Shown here: piece by piece, positions 20,386 through 30,767 of the stretch | Position numbering within the stretch: position 1 is the first letter of the stretch | How the letters are laid out: each line of letters starts with the position of its first letter | DNA from: Chthoniobacterales bacterium | Lineage (GTDB): Bacteria; Verrucomicrobiota; Verrucomicrobiia; Chthoniobacterales; SZAS-18 | Assembly (NCBI GenBank): GCA_038322235.1 | Contig: JBBQFQ010000021.1 | Coordinates: 1 to 64,000 of the forward strand | DNA: 64,000 nucleotides | Direction of reading: 5' to 3' | Translations under genes and position numbers: made by a program | The notes under the pieces: model-generated | What the model saw: only the letters and a program-made list of their open reading frames with translations | Database searches by the model: none | What the model was told of the DNA's origin: nothing

Positions 20386-20727
20386 TCAGCCGGTCGAGCC
20401 GGGTCCCGGCAGGCGCTTCGGAGCGACGCTTCGCCACGCGTGCTCGAGTCCGGTCCGCAGGTCTTGTTCACTCACTTGCTCGAGAAAAACGCTCGTGTAG
20501 CCCTGCCGGCCCCACGCGCCCGTGACGGACGCGAACGCCTCGGGAACGCGAGCCACGTACTCCGCTTGCAGCGCGGGAGTGAACTTCAGCACCCCGCGCT
20601 CCTCGTCGGGCCAGAGTGTCGCAAAAATGCGCTGCCCCACCCGGAACGACGGACGCCCCAGGTGGTCGGCCTCAACCGCCTCGGGGAGGCCGAGGGCGAT
20701 TTGGCGGAAGCGCGCCTGACTTGGCAT
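20386..20727 (-). CDS. MmcQ/YjbR-family DNA-binding protein
   Basis: 113-aa ORF with family-typical pattern (ALGLPEAVE..HLGRPSFRVGQRIFATL). Confidence 0.7.
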   Translation of the reverse strand: MPSQARFRQIALGLPEAVEADHLGRPSFRVGQRIFATLWPDEERGVLKFTPALQAEYVARVPEAFASVTGAWGRQGYTSVFLEQVSEQDLRTGLEHAWRSVAPKRLPGPGSTG

Positions 20728-20844
20728 GGCGTGGTCAGGCTGGGCCGGTCACCCAGCTTGGTGCGACCCGGCGGAAGAACACTCCGTTCCGGTCAGAGCG
20801 GCAGAAGGCCACCGCACGACAAAACTCGGCTCCGCTTCGTCTCC

Positions 20845-21615
20845 TCAATTCCGCCGACGGCGGAAGAAAAATGCGCCCACCGTACTGACGGACAAGAAAG
20901 CGGCTGCAAAGGTCGAAGGCTCAGGCACCGCGGCGACGGCGCTCAGTTCGAACATCAGACCGCCGACATTCGCAATCGAGCGCGCGTCGTTTGCCTGGAA
21001 GTTGAGATTCGTCAGACCGGAAGCGTTTCGAAAATAACCGCCGCTGGGGTTCAAATTCGACCCGGCCGTCAGCGCCGGCGGCGGAACCGTCCCGCCCGCG
21101 CCAGTGCGCAGAGCCGTGGTGAGAAGGTTGTTATCGATAAACGTGCCAGTGCCGGCGGCGTCGCTCTCCCAGTTGACGGTGAGGCCGTGGTTGGTCAACC
21201 CCGCGAGCGAGATCGGCGTGGCAAACGTCAAAGTAAACGTGAAGGCCGTGGCTCCGGCCACATTGATCGCGCCCGTATTGAAGACCTGGAGCGTGGCCGG
21301 GCTGGAAAATGGATTTGCAGTGCCCGTGGCGGCGGGGTCGAAGACATTCCAGAATTGGATGCGCAGCTGAGTGGCCGCGAAGTTCGCGGCGCCCCCCACG
21401 ACCAGGGTGATGCGCATGGAAGTAAGGCTGATCGCGGTGCCTGGATCGGCGACCGAGAATGCCTGCCCCATGTAGGTTCGGGGAGTGGAACCTGTAAAGG
21501 TTGGGTTGGTTCCGGCACTCAATCCGTCGTAGACGACGACGTCGGCCTGCGCCCTACTGGATAGCCCCACCATGGCGGAAAAAAGCGTTGCGGCGAAAAT
21601 CAGGGGACGGGGCAT
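20845..21615 (-). CDS. PEP-CTERM sorting-domain surface protein
   Basis: Signal peptide. Extreme C-terminus VPEPSTFAAAFLSVSTVGAFFFRRRRN is the PEP-CTERM motif + TM + Arg cluster. Confidence 0.75.
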   Translation of the reverse strand: MPRPLIFAATLFSAMVGLSSRAQADVVVYDGLSAGTNPTFTGSTPRTYMGQAFSVADPGTAISLTSMRITLVVGGAANFAATQLRIQFWNVFDPAATGTANPFSSPATLQVFNTGAINVAGATAFTFTLTFATPISLAGLTNHGLTVNWESDAAGTGTFIDNNLLTTALRTGAGGTVPPPALTAGSNLNPSGGYFRNASGLTNLNFQANDARSIANVGGLMFELSAVAAVPEPSTFAAAFLSVSTVGAFFFRRRRN

Positions 21616-21793
21616 GGCTTGAAGCGGTGAGCGGAATAACAGGCTGAATGACGGCTTCTTGTATTCGACGCCCCGCCAATGAAAAGCAATTTCTGAAAAA
21701 TTGACTCATCGCCGAGAGGGAACCTCGCGCGCCCCCGGCCGTCAGCGCGGTGGCGCTTGCTCTCCCGGCTGATCGTGCTGGGATGGTTTTCAT

Positions 21794-23575
21794 ATGTGGC
21801 GCGATTTCATCAAGACCCTCGCGCGGTTGGTCGGCCGGGGGACCCGGCGCATTTCGATGGATCCGGATTTCGAGGCCGAGCGCCTCGCGCGGGCACGAAG
21901 AATCCGGCTCCTGTTTCTCGCTGGAATCCTTCTGATCTCTCTCGCCTGGGTGGGCGCCCGCCCCCTCGCCCGCTTCGTCAAGGGCCGCCATGCCGCGAAC
22001 CTGGCCGCGGAGAGCATCGCGGCGACCGAGCGTCGCGACCTGCGGCTGGCGGCCGAAAGGCTCTCCGCGGCGGCGGCGCTTTCGCCGGCGCACCCGCGGG
22101 TGGCTTTGGCGCAGGGACGCTTGCTGAATGCCGTGTCCCTCCCCGAGGCGGTTGCCGCCTGGGAACGGGTCATCGCCGCGCAGCCCGGCGTGCCGGAGTA
22201 CCAGCTTGAACTTGCGCTGGCGTATTTTCGGGCTGGCCGACTGGGGGATTCCGCCCGGGCCCACGCGGCGGCCGGGGCCAGCCGCGATTCGGCGCGCGGT
22301 GCATTCGTCGCCGGGTTGCTGGCGGCCTCGCGGGGCGAGATCGCGCTCGGCGAATCATTCCTCCGACACAGCCTGCAACTCGAACCGGCGCGGATCGACA
22401 CCCGCATCGCCCTCGGTCAATTGTTGTTGGCGGGAGGACCCAAATCCCTGGAAGGGCGGCAAATTCTCGAGCCGCTTCGCGAGGACGCACTCGAAGGCCG
22501 GCGGGTGACTGCGATCCTGGCCGATCACGCCCGCAACACCGGGGATTTGGCCCGCGGGATCGCCCTGGCCCAGGCCCTGGCGGATCCTCCCGGTGGCAAA
22601 CCGGAAGACCTCGTCCGTCTGGTCCGGCTGCTTGGCGAGGCGCACGAGGAAGCGCAGCTCGACACGCTCGTAAAGGCGGTGCTTCCCGCCGCCCGCCAGG
22701 ATCGGAAAACGGCTGCCGCCCTTCTTGGGGGCTTGATCGCGTTGCAACGCGTGGCGCAGGCGGATGCCTTGGTCGCGGACCTGCCGACGGAGATTTGGAC
22801 CTCGGGAGAACTCCTGTCGACCGTCGCCATGCTGTCGGCGCGGAGCGTTCAGGGCGAACCGCGACTGCGCGAATTGCTTCGACGCGGCGAGTGGACCGAC
22901 CAGGAACTGCTGCGGGCTGCCTGCTCGGCGCGGTTGGCTGGATTTGAAGGAGAGGAACGCGCGCGGAGCGAGCGCTGGGAACGGGCGCGATCCCTCGCCG
23001 GGACGCGCGCCGCGCGGCAGCAATTGCTCGCGCTGGCCCGCGAATGGAGCTGGGGGCGCGAGCAACTGAAGCTGCTGGGCGAGCTCGCGCCTCTGCTCCC
23101 TCCCGAGATCGGGCTCCTGCGCGAGTGGCATCGGATGGCGGCGGCGCTGCGGGATACGGCCGGAGTCGCCGCAGCGACCGAGGCGCTGCTCGCGGCAGGT
23201 GACGTCTCGTCCCGGGTGAAAAACGACTTCGCGGCCGCGTCGATTCTCCTCGGCCAAAATCGCGATCGCGCCGCGCGCTATGCCTTCGAGAATTTTTCTT
23301 CCGAGCCGGCCGACCCGAACTATCTCGCGACTTATGCCAGTTCCCTGCGGCAGCAGGGCCGGGCGGCGGAAGCCCTCAACGTCGTCGAAGACGCGGTCCA
23401 ACTCGGAGTTTCCGGCCCCTCCCTGGAACTCGAGCGGGCGGCCGCGTTGGAGGCGTTGGGTCGAAGGGAAGAGGCGGTGCGCGCCGCCGCGGGCGTCCCC
23501 CGCGGGACCCGGTGCCCCGAAGAGGAAGCCATCCTCACGCGCCTCCAGCAGACTGCCGGCAAATCTGACGAGTGA
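21794..23575 (+). CDS. membrane-anchored tetratricopeptide (TPR) repeat protein
   Basis: N-terminal TM (LLFLAGILLISLAWVG) followed by repeated TPR-like helical units. The antisense ORF (22355..23401) has no features. Confidence 0.6.
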   Translation: MWRDFIKTLARLVGRGTRRISMDPDFEAERLARARRIRLLFLAGILLISLAWVGARPLARFVKGRHAANLAAESIAATERRDLRLAAERLSAAAALSPAHPRVALAQGRLLNAVSLPEAVAAWERVIAAQPGVPEYQLELALAYFRAGRLGDSARAHAAAGASRDSARGAFVAGLLAASRGEIALGESFLRHSLQLEPARIDTRIALGQLLLAGGPKSLEGRQILEPLREDALEGRRVTAILADHARNTGDLARGIALAQALADPPGGKPEDLVRLVRLLGEAHEEAQLDTLVKAVLPAARQDRKTAAALLGGLIALQRVAQADALVADLPTEIWTSGELLSTVAMLSARSVQGEPRLRELLRRGEWTDQELLRAACSARLAGFEGEERARSERWERARSLAGTRAARQQLLALAREWSWGREQLKLLGELAPLLPPEIGLLREWHRMAAALRDTAGVAAATEALLAAGDVSSRVKNDFAAASILLGQNRDRAARYAFENFSSEPADPNYLATYASSLRQQGRAAEALNVVEDAVQLGVSGPSLELERAAALEALGRREEAVRAAAGVPRGTRCPEEEAILTRLQQTAGKSDE

Positions 23576-23636
23576 GACGACTCAAACCGGTCAAACGAGT
23601 CCGACAACTCCGACAAATGAGCGGCCCTCCGCCGTC

Positions 23637-24695
23637 TCATAAGGCCGCGATCACCGCCCGCGTGACATCCGCGGTGCGCGCTTTCCCGCCGAGATCTGGC
23701 GTCAGCGTTCCCGCGGCGGTCGTCGCTTCGATGGCCTTCATCAACCGAGTCGCGGCGGCGGGCTGGCCCAGATGCTCCAGCATCATCACCGCGGTCCAGA
23801 ACGTCCCGATCGGATTCGCGACACCCTTGCCCGTGATGTCGAACGCGGAGCCGTGGATCGGCTCGAACATGGACGGGAAATTCCGCGGGGGATTCAAGTT
23901 GGCGGTCGGCGCGATGCCGAGGCTTCCGGCCAGCGCGGCGGCGAGATCGCTCAGGATGTCGGCATGGAGATTCGTGGCGACGACGGTGTCGATCGTCGCC
24001 GGATGATTGACCATCCGGGCGGTCATCGCATCCACCAGCATCTTGTCCCACGTCACGTCAGGAAAATCCCGCGCCACGAGGGCGGCGACCTCGTCCCACA
24101 GCACCATCCCGTGACGCTGGGCGTTGCTCTTCGTCACGACGGTCAGCTTTTTCCGTGGCCGCGAGCGCGCGAGATCAAAGGCGAAGCGCATGATGCGCTC
24201 GGTGCCGGCGCGGGTGTAAATGGCGGTTTCGGTGCCGACTTCCTCCGGGAAACCCCGGTGCGCCCGACCCCCATGGCCGGCGTATTCTCCTTCGGTGTTT
24301 TCGCGCACAATGACCATGTCGAAGTCGCCGTCCCGGTGACCGGAGAGCGGGGACGCGATGCCGGGCAGGAGCCGGGTTGGACGCACGTTCGCGTAGTGAT
24401 CGAAGCTCTGGCAGATCCGCAGGCGCAGACCCCAGAGCGTGATGTCATCGGGCAATTCCGGGTCACCGACCGCTCCGAACAGGATCGCGTCGAATGGCTT
24501 CAAAGTCTCGAGGCCGTCGGCCGGCATCATGACGCCGTGAGCGCGGTAGTAGTCGCTGCCCCAAGGGAAGCTTTCGACCTTCAATTGGAAACCTCCATCG
24601 AGCTTTTCGAGGGCGTGGAGCACTTCAAGGGCGGCGGGGACGACTTCCTTGCCGATGCCGTCGGCGGGAATGGAGGCGATGGAATAGGTTTTCAT
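23637..24695 (-). CDS. tartrate dehydrogenase / D-malate dehydrogenase (isocitrate-isopropylmalate DH family)
   Basis: N-terminus MKTYSIASIPADGIGKEVV and family blocks (NLHADILSDLAAALAGSLG). 352 aa. Confidence 0.85.
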   Translation of the reverse strand: MKTYSIASIPADGIGKEVVPAALEVLHALEKLDGGFQLKVESFPWGSDYYRAHGVMMPADGLETLKPFDAILFGAVGDPELPDDITLWGLRLRICQSFDHYANVRPTRLLPGIASPLSGHRDGDFDMVIVRENTEGEYAGHGGRAHRGFPEEVGTETAIYTRAGTERIMRFAFDLARSRPRKKLTVVTKSNAQRHGMVLWDEVAALVARDFPDVTWDKMLVDAMTARMVNHPATIDTVVATNLHADILSDLAAALAGSLGIAPTANLNPPRNFPSMFEPIHGSAFDITGKGVANPIGTFWTAVMMLEHLGQPAAATRLMKAIEATTAAGTLTPDLGGKARTADVTRAVIAAL

Positions 24696-24749
24696 GGTCG
24701 GGGAGATGCGTTGGGGATGCCGTGGGCGGCCGGATTGCGCGGCGCAATG

Positions 24750-27700
24750 CTAAAATCCGCCGCGATTCCGCCAGGCGCGGGCGCGGGCGTGGGCTTCGGT
24801 TAGCCCGAGCTTCGCGAGGTAGGCGATGAAGCGCGGATCATCCCGCACCGGATCCCAGATGGGATCGAAGATGAAGGTCTCGTGATAGACGGCGCCATAA
24901 ACGGTCGGAAGGACGTCGAGGGCCTCGCCAGCGCGGCCGGCGGCGGCGAGGGCGAAGGCGTGGGGCATCGGGTGGCCCTGCCGGGCCAGAGCCAAGGTGG
25001 CGGCCGCTTCGGCCGTCTCGCCCGTAGCGGAGAAAACGAGGAGGGCGATCCAGCGCAGCCACTCCCGATTCTGCTCCATGACCGCCCGGGCATCCTGCAG
25101 AGCGTCAGCGTTGCGGCCAAGCGCCAGTAGGGCGCGCGCCCGGAGAGCAAGGACCTGCGGGTCCGCCGGCGAAATCGCGCGCGCGCGGTCGAGCGCCGTC
25201 AGCGCCTCGGCCGGGCGGCCGGCGAGCAGCAGCAACATCCCGTGATTGTCCGCGATACGTTGGGAGAGCGGGTCCAGCACACCCGCCCGGGCGGCGTGTG
25301 CCAACGCGTCATCCAGGTGGCCGGCAAACGCCAGGCCCCGACCCAGCCGCTGGTGGGTGATGGCATTACTCGGATTCAGATCGAGGGCCTGGCGGAACAA
25401 CCGGATGGACTCCTCCGTCTCTCCCCGCGTTTGCGCGGCGAATGCAATCCCCGAGATGGCCTCCCCGTCTCGCGGATCGATCGCGATGGCCTGGCGCGCG
25501 TAGCCTTCCGCGGCCTGCGCCAGCGCGTCGGCCTCGGCGCTGGATCCGGCATCGAGGTACGCGAAGACGGCGCGGATCGTGAGCACGTCCGCCAGACCGC
25601 CGAGGGCGCGGGGAAAACGGGGTTCGATCTCGAGCGCGCTTCGGTAGTGCTCCTCCGCCTGAAGCAGGCGCGGAAGGGATCGGTCTCGCGACGCTTCGCG
25701 ACCGAGCAGGTACAAGCGGAGTGCCTCGCCATCGATGCGGCCGGCCGCGGCTGTCGCCGGGTCGAGTTTCAATTTCAGATTTCCCGCGACGATCCCCGCG
25801 ATCTCGTCCTGGACGGCAAAGACGTCGCGTAATTCCCGCTGGAAACTGTCGGCCCAAACCTGAAAACCGTCCGCCGCGCTGATCAGCTGAACGGAGATGC
25901 GTGCCCGATCGCCGGCCCGCCGCACGCTGCCCTCCACCACGTACGTGACGGCGAGCTGCCTCGCGATCTCCGCGATGGGAACCGACCGGCCTTTGAAGAA
26001 AAAGGCGGAGGTCCGCGCCGCGATCCGCAACCCCGGCACTTTTGCGAGGGCATTCATCAACTCCTCGGCGATGCCGTCGGAGAAATATTCCTGCTCCTTG
26101 TCGCCGCTGAGGTTGGCAAACGGCATGACGGCGATCGAGGTCGATTCGCGCGGAGAGACGGAACTCGGGGGCGTGACGACGGTCGGGGAGATGCTCTCCG
26201 TCGGAGGCCGGCTCTCTTCCGCGAGGGCGGGCTGCGTGGCGACCACCGTTTCCTCGGTGGCATCGGATGGCGCGTGGCGCATTTCCGGTGGACGCGCCCG
26301 CCACGCCTGGGCTCGCCCGTGGGCCGCGGTGAGCCGTAATTCCGCGAGAGTCGCCTGGAAGCGTTCCTCGGTGCGGAAGGGATCCCACATCGGATCGAAG
26401 AGCAGCAGATCGTGGGTGGCGGGCGGCAGGCTGCGAGGATCGAGCAGGGCCAGCGCCTCGCCATTTCGGCCGAGGAGCGCGCAGGCGCGGCAGCGCACGA
26501 GGCCGCTGTGATGGGTGATCGTGCGCAGGATCTCCTCCGCCTCCGGGCGGAGTCCGGCGGCGAGCAGCGCGCGGATCGCCGTGAAATGTCCGCGGCCGCC
26601 CGGCGTGCGGAGCAGCGCCCGCGCGGCCGGGACGGCTTCGTCGTGCAGTTCGAGTTCCGCCAGCGCCCAGGTTTTCCAGCCCAGCAGCGTCGTCTCTCCG
26701 GCGGCGTCGGTCAGCCCGTGCAGGGCCTGACTGAGCGCATCCTGGGGCCGCCGGGCGAGGAGCAGAAGCAGTGCGCGATTCCCCATGATCAGGCGCGAGT
26801 CGGGATCGTGCGTGACAGCGAGGTCGATCTCCTTCAAGGCCTCGTCGATCCGGCCATCGGCCGCGAGGCTGCGCGCGAGCGCCTGATGGGTCGAGGCGTG
26901 GCCGGCGCGCAACGCGATGGCCCGGCGGAAATGCTCCACCGCCACGCCCGCCTCGCCCTGGGTGCGGTACGCATCTCCGAGCACGGCGTGGGCTCCGGCG
27001 AGCTTTGGATCCAGCGCCACCGCGGCCTGCCCCGCGGCCAGGGCGCCAGAGAGATCACCGCGGGCGAGGGCGATCCGCGCGAGACCCACGTGTACCTCGG
27101 CGAACTTCGGCGCGCGGGCGAGCGCTCGCTCGTAACATTCCTGGGCGCGCTGGAGCGAATCCGCCGTCCCTTCGCGGGCGGCGTTTCGACCCTCGAGATA
27201 GAGTGCGCGCGCCTCGGGGTCGACCGGCGGAAGAGAGGAGGCCCGGCCGCCGTTTTCCTCGTCCGCCCTCCCGGTCCCGTCTCCGGAGTCGTTCGCATGC
27301 TGGGGAAATTCCGCGGCGAGTTGCTCGAGCCGGCGGGCGGTGACCGCAGCGGTCGCGGGACGGTCCGTGGGATTCTTGGCAAGCAGCTCACCGATCAACG
27401 CGCGCACGCCCGGAAGGTGATCGAGCTGCTCAAGCGGCGGCCGCCGGGAGATATGGTGGTGCATCAGTTCGTGGTGCGAACGCGCGGGAAACGGAGAGCG
27501 CCCTAGGACCATTTCCCACAGGATGCAGCCGAGCGCGTAGAGATCGGTCCGGCCATCGAGGTCCGAGCGCTCGAGGCATTGTTCCGGGCTGGCGTAGAGC
27601 GAGGTCCCGCGGAAGCCGATCGTTTGCGCCGCGGTTTCGTCGTGTGACTCATCGCCGCGAAACGTGCGCGCGAGGCCGAAATCGATCACCTTCACCTGCC

Positions 27701-28193
27701 AGCTCTCGGAGGTCTGGACCGCATCGGCCGACTCGCCTCGGCGGACCAGCATGAGATTCGCGGGCTTCAGGTCCCGGTGCACGATGCCCTGCCGATGGAT
27801 CGCCTCCAGTCCGTGCGCCGTTTGCGCGGCGAGTCGGAGCGCGAGGCCGGGGCCCAGCCTCCGGCGTTCCTTCATGAGGGCGTGCAGGGTGATCCCCGGC
27901 ACGAACTCCATCGCGTAATAGAAGTTGCCCGGCGTATCATCGAGCGCGAGCACGCTCGCGACGTTCGTATGCCGCACGCGGGCCGCGGCCCGGGCCTCCC
28001 GGAGGAAGAGCGCCTGGACGGTGCGGTCGTGGATCCGGCCAGGGGCAATGACCTTCAACGCGACCGCCAGCTCCAGCCTTTCGTCGAAGGCCTTGTACGT
28101 CACTCCCATCGCCCCCACTCCGAGCGTCCACGGCGAGCCATCGGCCCGGGTGAGTACGCGGTAGTGCGAAAAGCGCAGCGGCTCGTTTGGCAT
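24750..28193 (-). CDS. multidomain Ser/Thr protein kinase: kinase - TPR block - TolB-N-like/adenylate-cyclase-N-like domain - TPR block (1147 aa)
   Basis: Hanks kinase motifs (VALKVI, HRDLKPANLML, DFGLAR, SPEQ). Mid-protein IAVMPFANLSGDKEQEYFSDGIAEELMNALAKVPGLRIAARTSAFFFKG...YVVEGSVRRAGDRARISVQLI matches the TolB-N-like module seen in TPR cyclases/kinases. Flanking TPRs. Confidence 0.85.
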   Translation of the reverse strand: MPNEPLRFSHYRVLTRADGSPWTLGVGAMGVTYKAFDERLELAVALKVIAPGRIHDRTVQALFLREARAAARVRHTNVASVLALDDTPGNFYYAMEFVPGITLHALMKERRRLGPGLALRLAAQTAHGLEAIHRQGIVHRDLKPANLMLVRRGESADAVQTSESWQVKVIDFGLARTFRGDESHDETAAQTIGFRGTSLYASPEQCLERSDLDGRTDLYALGCILWEMVLGRSPFPARSHHELMHHHISRRPPLEQLDHLPGVRALIGELLAKNPTDRPATAAVTARRLEQLAAEFPQHANDSGDGTGRADEENGGRASSLPPVDPEARALYLEGRNAAREGTADSLQRAQECYERALARAPKFAEVHVGLARIALARGDLSGALAAGQAAVALDPKLAGAHAVLGDAYRTQGEAGVAVEHFRRAIALRAGHASTHQALARSLAADGRIDEALKEIDLAVTHDPDSRLIMGNRALLLLLARRPQDALSQALHGLTDAAGETTLLGWKTWALAELELHDEAVPAARALLRTPGGRGHFTAIRALLAAGLRPEAEEILRTITHHSGLVRCRACALLGRNGEALALLDPRSLPPATHDLLLFDPMWDPFRTEERFQATLAELRLTAAHGRAQAWRARPPEMRHAPSDATEETVVATQPALAEESRPPTESISPTVVTPPSSVSPRESTSIAVMPFANLSGDKEQEYFSDGIAEELMNALAKVPGLRIAARTSAFFFKGRSVPIAEIARQLAVTYVVEGSVRRAGDRARISVQLISAADGFQVWADSFQRELRDVFAVQDEIAGIVAGNLKLKLDPATAAAGRIDGEALRLYLLGREASRDRSLPRLLQAEEHYRSALEIEPRFPRALGGLADVLTIRAVFAYLDAGSSAEADALAQAAEGYARQAIAIDPRDGEAISGIAFAAQTRGETEESIRLFRQALDLNPSNAITHQRLGRGLAFAGHLDDALAHAARAGVLDPLSQRIADNHGMLLLLAGRPAEALTALDRARAISPADPQVLALRARALLALGRNADALQDARAVMEQNREWLRWIALLVFSATGETAEAAATLALARQGHPMPHAFALAAAGRAGEALDVLPTVYGAVYHETFIFDPIWDPVRDDPRFIAYLAKLGLTEAHARARAWRNRGGF

Positions 28194-28202
28194 GGAGAGG
28201 GC

Positions 28203-28392
28203 AATCAGTAATCAGTAATCAGTGATCGGTATTCAGTGATCGGTATTCAGTGATCCATCTTCAGTGATCCATTAGCGGGTGATCATCGCCGAGTGAAGTC
28301 TTCAGTCCCTTCTCCGAATCCGATCGCAACCAAACGATTACCGCTCCCCGCGCTCTGGTTACTGATTACCGCTAACTGATTGCTGATTACCA
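28203..28392. repeat. heptamer repeat array TCAGT[A/G]AT (6 direct copies) plus 3 inverted copies, directly upstream of the kinase start codon
   Basis: AATCAGTAATCAGTAATCAGTGATCGGTATTCAGTGATCGGTATTCAGTGATCCATCTTCAGTGATCC ... GGTTACTGATTACCGCTAACTGATTGCTGATTACC. The kinase ATG is at 28193 (minus strand), 10 nt from the first repeat. Confidence 0.7.
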
Positions 28393-28401
28393 CGACCACA
28401 C

Positions 28402-28962
28402 TCACGCGTCCGAGCGGGCGCGCCACTTCGCCACGAGGCGCAGGATCCCGGCGTCGTCGGTCAGCGCCTCGATCTCTTCGGGGGTGAACCAGCGGAGTTC
28501 CTTGCTCTCGTCGCTCACCTTTGGCTTCGCCCGGGCCGGGGCGACGAAAAGATAGCGGACGTCGAAGTGCTCGTGCGCCGGTTCTCCCCGTTTCGGGTTG
28601 GCGGGAATCAGGTGGATGTCGAGATCGACCGGCCGGAGGTCGAGCGCGCGCGGGTTCGCGATTCCGCTCTCTTCCTGCGTCTCCCGCTTCGCCGCCGCGA
28701 GCGTATCCGCATCTCCATCGCAATGCCCTCCAAACTGGAGCCAGCGGTCGAGAAACGCGTGGTGGGTCAGGAGCGCGCGCGTGCCATCCGGATTCAGGAG
28801 CAGCGCGCTGGCGGTGAAGTGTCCGGGCGAAAAGCAGGTCCGTTCGAAGCAGTCCGGATGCGAATCGAGCAGCTCCAGCATTCGCTCCCGGTACTGCTCC
28901 TCCCGCAGGTCGCGCGCGCGGTGTTCGGACAGCGTCTGGCGAAAGCGGGAGCGGGCGTCCAT
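28402..28962 (-). CDS. NUDIX hydrolase
   Basis: Nudix box ([23 protein letters not shown]). Only the C-terminal 187 aa of the 426-aa ORF is real. The upstream part is antisense to tdh. Confidence 0.8.
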   Translation of the reverse strand: MDARSRFRQTLSEHRARDLREEQYRERMLELLDSHPDCFERTCFSPGHFTASALLLNPDGTRALLTHHAFLDRWLQFGGHCDGDADTLAAAKRETQEESGIANPRALDLRPVDLDIHLIPANPKRGEPAHEHFDVRYLFVAPARAKPKVSDESKELRWFTPEEIEALTDDAGILRLVAKWRARSDA

Positions 28963-29103
28963 GCAGGTTCGGGGGAGGGGGCTGACACAATGCGGACGCG
29001 CGGGGCGCTTGCCAATGCCTTTCCCCATCGCAACTCTCGCCGCGTTCGCGACGTCCCCCGGACCGCGGACTTCACCCACCTTCACCGCCAACCCTTCCGT
29101 TTC

Positions 29104-30141
29104 ATGTCCCTGATGCACGCCCTCGTCAAAAAACACGCCGAGCCCGGGCTTTGGCTCGAAGAAGTCCCGCTCCCGGACGTGGGGGAGGACGACGTCCTCA
29201 TTCGAGTCTTGAATGCCTCGATCTGCGGGACCGACGTGCACATCTACAATTGGGATGCGTGGGCGCAGAAGACCATTCCGGTCCCGATGGTGGTGGGTCA
29301 CGAGTTCGTCGGCGTGGTCGAGCGCGTGGGCTCCCACGTGCACGACTTTCATGCGGGCGAGCTGGTCAGCGGCGAAGGCCACGTGGTCTGCGGTCGCTGC
29401 CGCAATTGCCTCGCGGGCCGGCGCCACCTCTGTCCTCACACGCGCGGGGTGGGCGTGAACCGCCCGGGTGCCTTCGCGGAGTATCTCTCCATTCCCGAGA
29501 CGAATGTCTGGCACTGCGACCCGCGCATCCCGCGCGAGGTGCTGTCGTGCTTCGACCCCCTCGGCAATGCGACCCACACAGCGCTCTCGTTTGATGTGCT
29601 CGGGGAGGATGTGCTGATCACCGGCGCGGGTCCCATCGGCTGCATGGCCGCCGCGATCGTGCGGCACGCCGGCGCGCGGCATGTGGTCGTGACTGATCTC
29701 AATCCCTACCGCCTCGGCCTCGCCAAGACACTCGGGGCGACGCGGACGGTGAACGTGAAGGAGGAGAAGCTATCGGACGTGATGACTGACCTGGGAATGA
29801 AGGAAGGCTTCGACGTCGGACTGGAAATGAGCGGAAACGTGGCCGCGCTGAATCAGATGATCGACACGATGTGTCACGGAGGGAAAATCGCCTTGCTCGG
29901 CATCATCGGGAAGGCGGCGCCGATCGACTGGGACAAGGTCGTCTTCAACATGCTGACCATCAAAGGAATCTACGGCCGGGAAATGTACGAAACGTGGTAC
30001 AAGATGACCGCCATGATCCAGAGCGGGCTCGACATCTCACCGGTCATCACCCACCGGATCGACCATCGGGATTTCAAGCAGGGCTTCGAGCTGATGCGCT
30101 CAGGCGAGAGCGGCAAGATCGTGATGAAATGGAGCGAATAG
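29104..30141 (+). CDS. tdh: L-threonine 3-dehydrogenase (zinc-dependent MDR family)
   Basis: Start [10 protein letters not shown]...; structural/catalytic Zn ligands (CGTDVH; GHEFVG; [15 protein letters not shown]) and NAD-binding GAGPIG. Near-canonical Tdh sequence. Confidence 0.9.
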   Translation: MSLMHALVKKHAEPGLWLEEVPLPDVGEDDVLIRVLNASICGTDVHIYNWDAWAQKTIPVPMVVGHEFVGVVERVGSHVHDFHAGELVSGEGHVVCGRCRNCLAGRRHLCPHTRGVGVNRPGAFAEYLSIPETNVWHCDPRIPREVLSCFDPLGNATHTALSFDVLGEDVLITGAGPIGCMAAAIVRHAGARHVVVTDLNPYRLGLAKTLGATRTVNVKEEKLSDVMTDLGMKEGFDVGLEMSGNVAALNQMIDTMCHGGKIALLGIIGKAAPIDWDKVVFNMLTIKGIYGREMYETWYKMTAMIQSGLDISPVITHRIDHRDFKQGFELMRSGESGKIVMKWSE

Positions 30142-30250
30142 GCGGCAGGGCTCGCTCGGGCCGGATGGCGGCGGCTGGTCGTGTCCGCCGCCGTTTCCAG
30201 GCTCAACCTTTTGCCTTCCCGCCTGCCGGATCGCTGATCATGGTGAACCC

Positions 30251-30703
30251 ATGAAACGCGTTGGACTCGGCTGTCTCATTCTCGTCGTCGCTTTCGGGGC
30301 ATTTTTCTCGTTTCTGTTCTTCCGGGGCATGAGCGAGGGGAAAAAGGTCCTCGATCCGGTGATGACGGATTTGCACGCCAAGCGTTTTGACGCGGTCATC
30401 GATCGCTACCACGCGAATCTCCTGGAGCAGGTCCCGCGGACCCAGTGGAAGGAATGGTTCGCGGCAATGTTCCAGTCTGTCGGGGAGGCCAAGAGCTACG
30501 AGTACGAAGGCTGGGGCTCGAGCAGCTTTGCCGGGACTTCCCCGAGCGAGGAGGCACCGCTCGGCAGCGGCAGCTACGTGAAGGTCACGTGTGTCGCCCA
30601 GCACGAACGGGGCATCGTCACCCACGAATTTTCCCTCTTCAAGAGTCCCGGTTCCGACGACTTCGTCGTGAGCCGGCACAAGTTCAAATCGACGCCAAGG
30701 TAG
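30251..30703 (+). CDS. hypothetical secreted/membrane-anchored protein
   Basis: 150-aa ORF with signal/anchor LGCLILVVAFGAFFSFLFF. No domain recognised. Confidence 0.45.
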   Translation: MKRVGLGCLILVVAFGAFFSFLFFRGMSEGKKVLDPVMTDLHAKRFDAVIDRYHANLLEQVPRTQWKEWFAAMFQSVGEAKSYEYEGWGSSSFAGTSPSEEAPLGSGSYVKVTCVAQHERGIVTHEFSLFKSPGSDDFVVSRHKFKSTPR

Positions 30704-30767
30704 GCCGGAGGTCGGGCGCCGCCCATCCGACGAGACGGAGAGAAAGAGATCCCCCCGCCCTCCGCGC

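Noticed and set aside
28402-29682. 426-aa minus-strand ORF spanning the tdh locus.
   Set aside because: Only the C-terminal 187 aa (from MDARSRF at 28962) form a NUDIX fold. The N-terminal 240 aa are antisense to the well-supported tdh gene.
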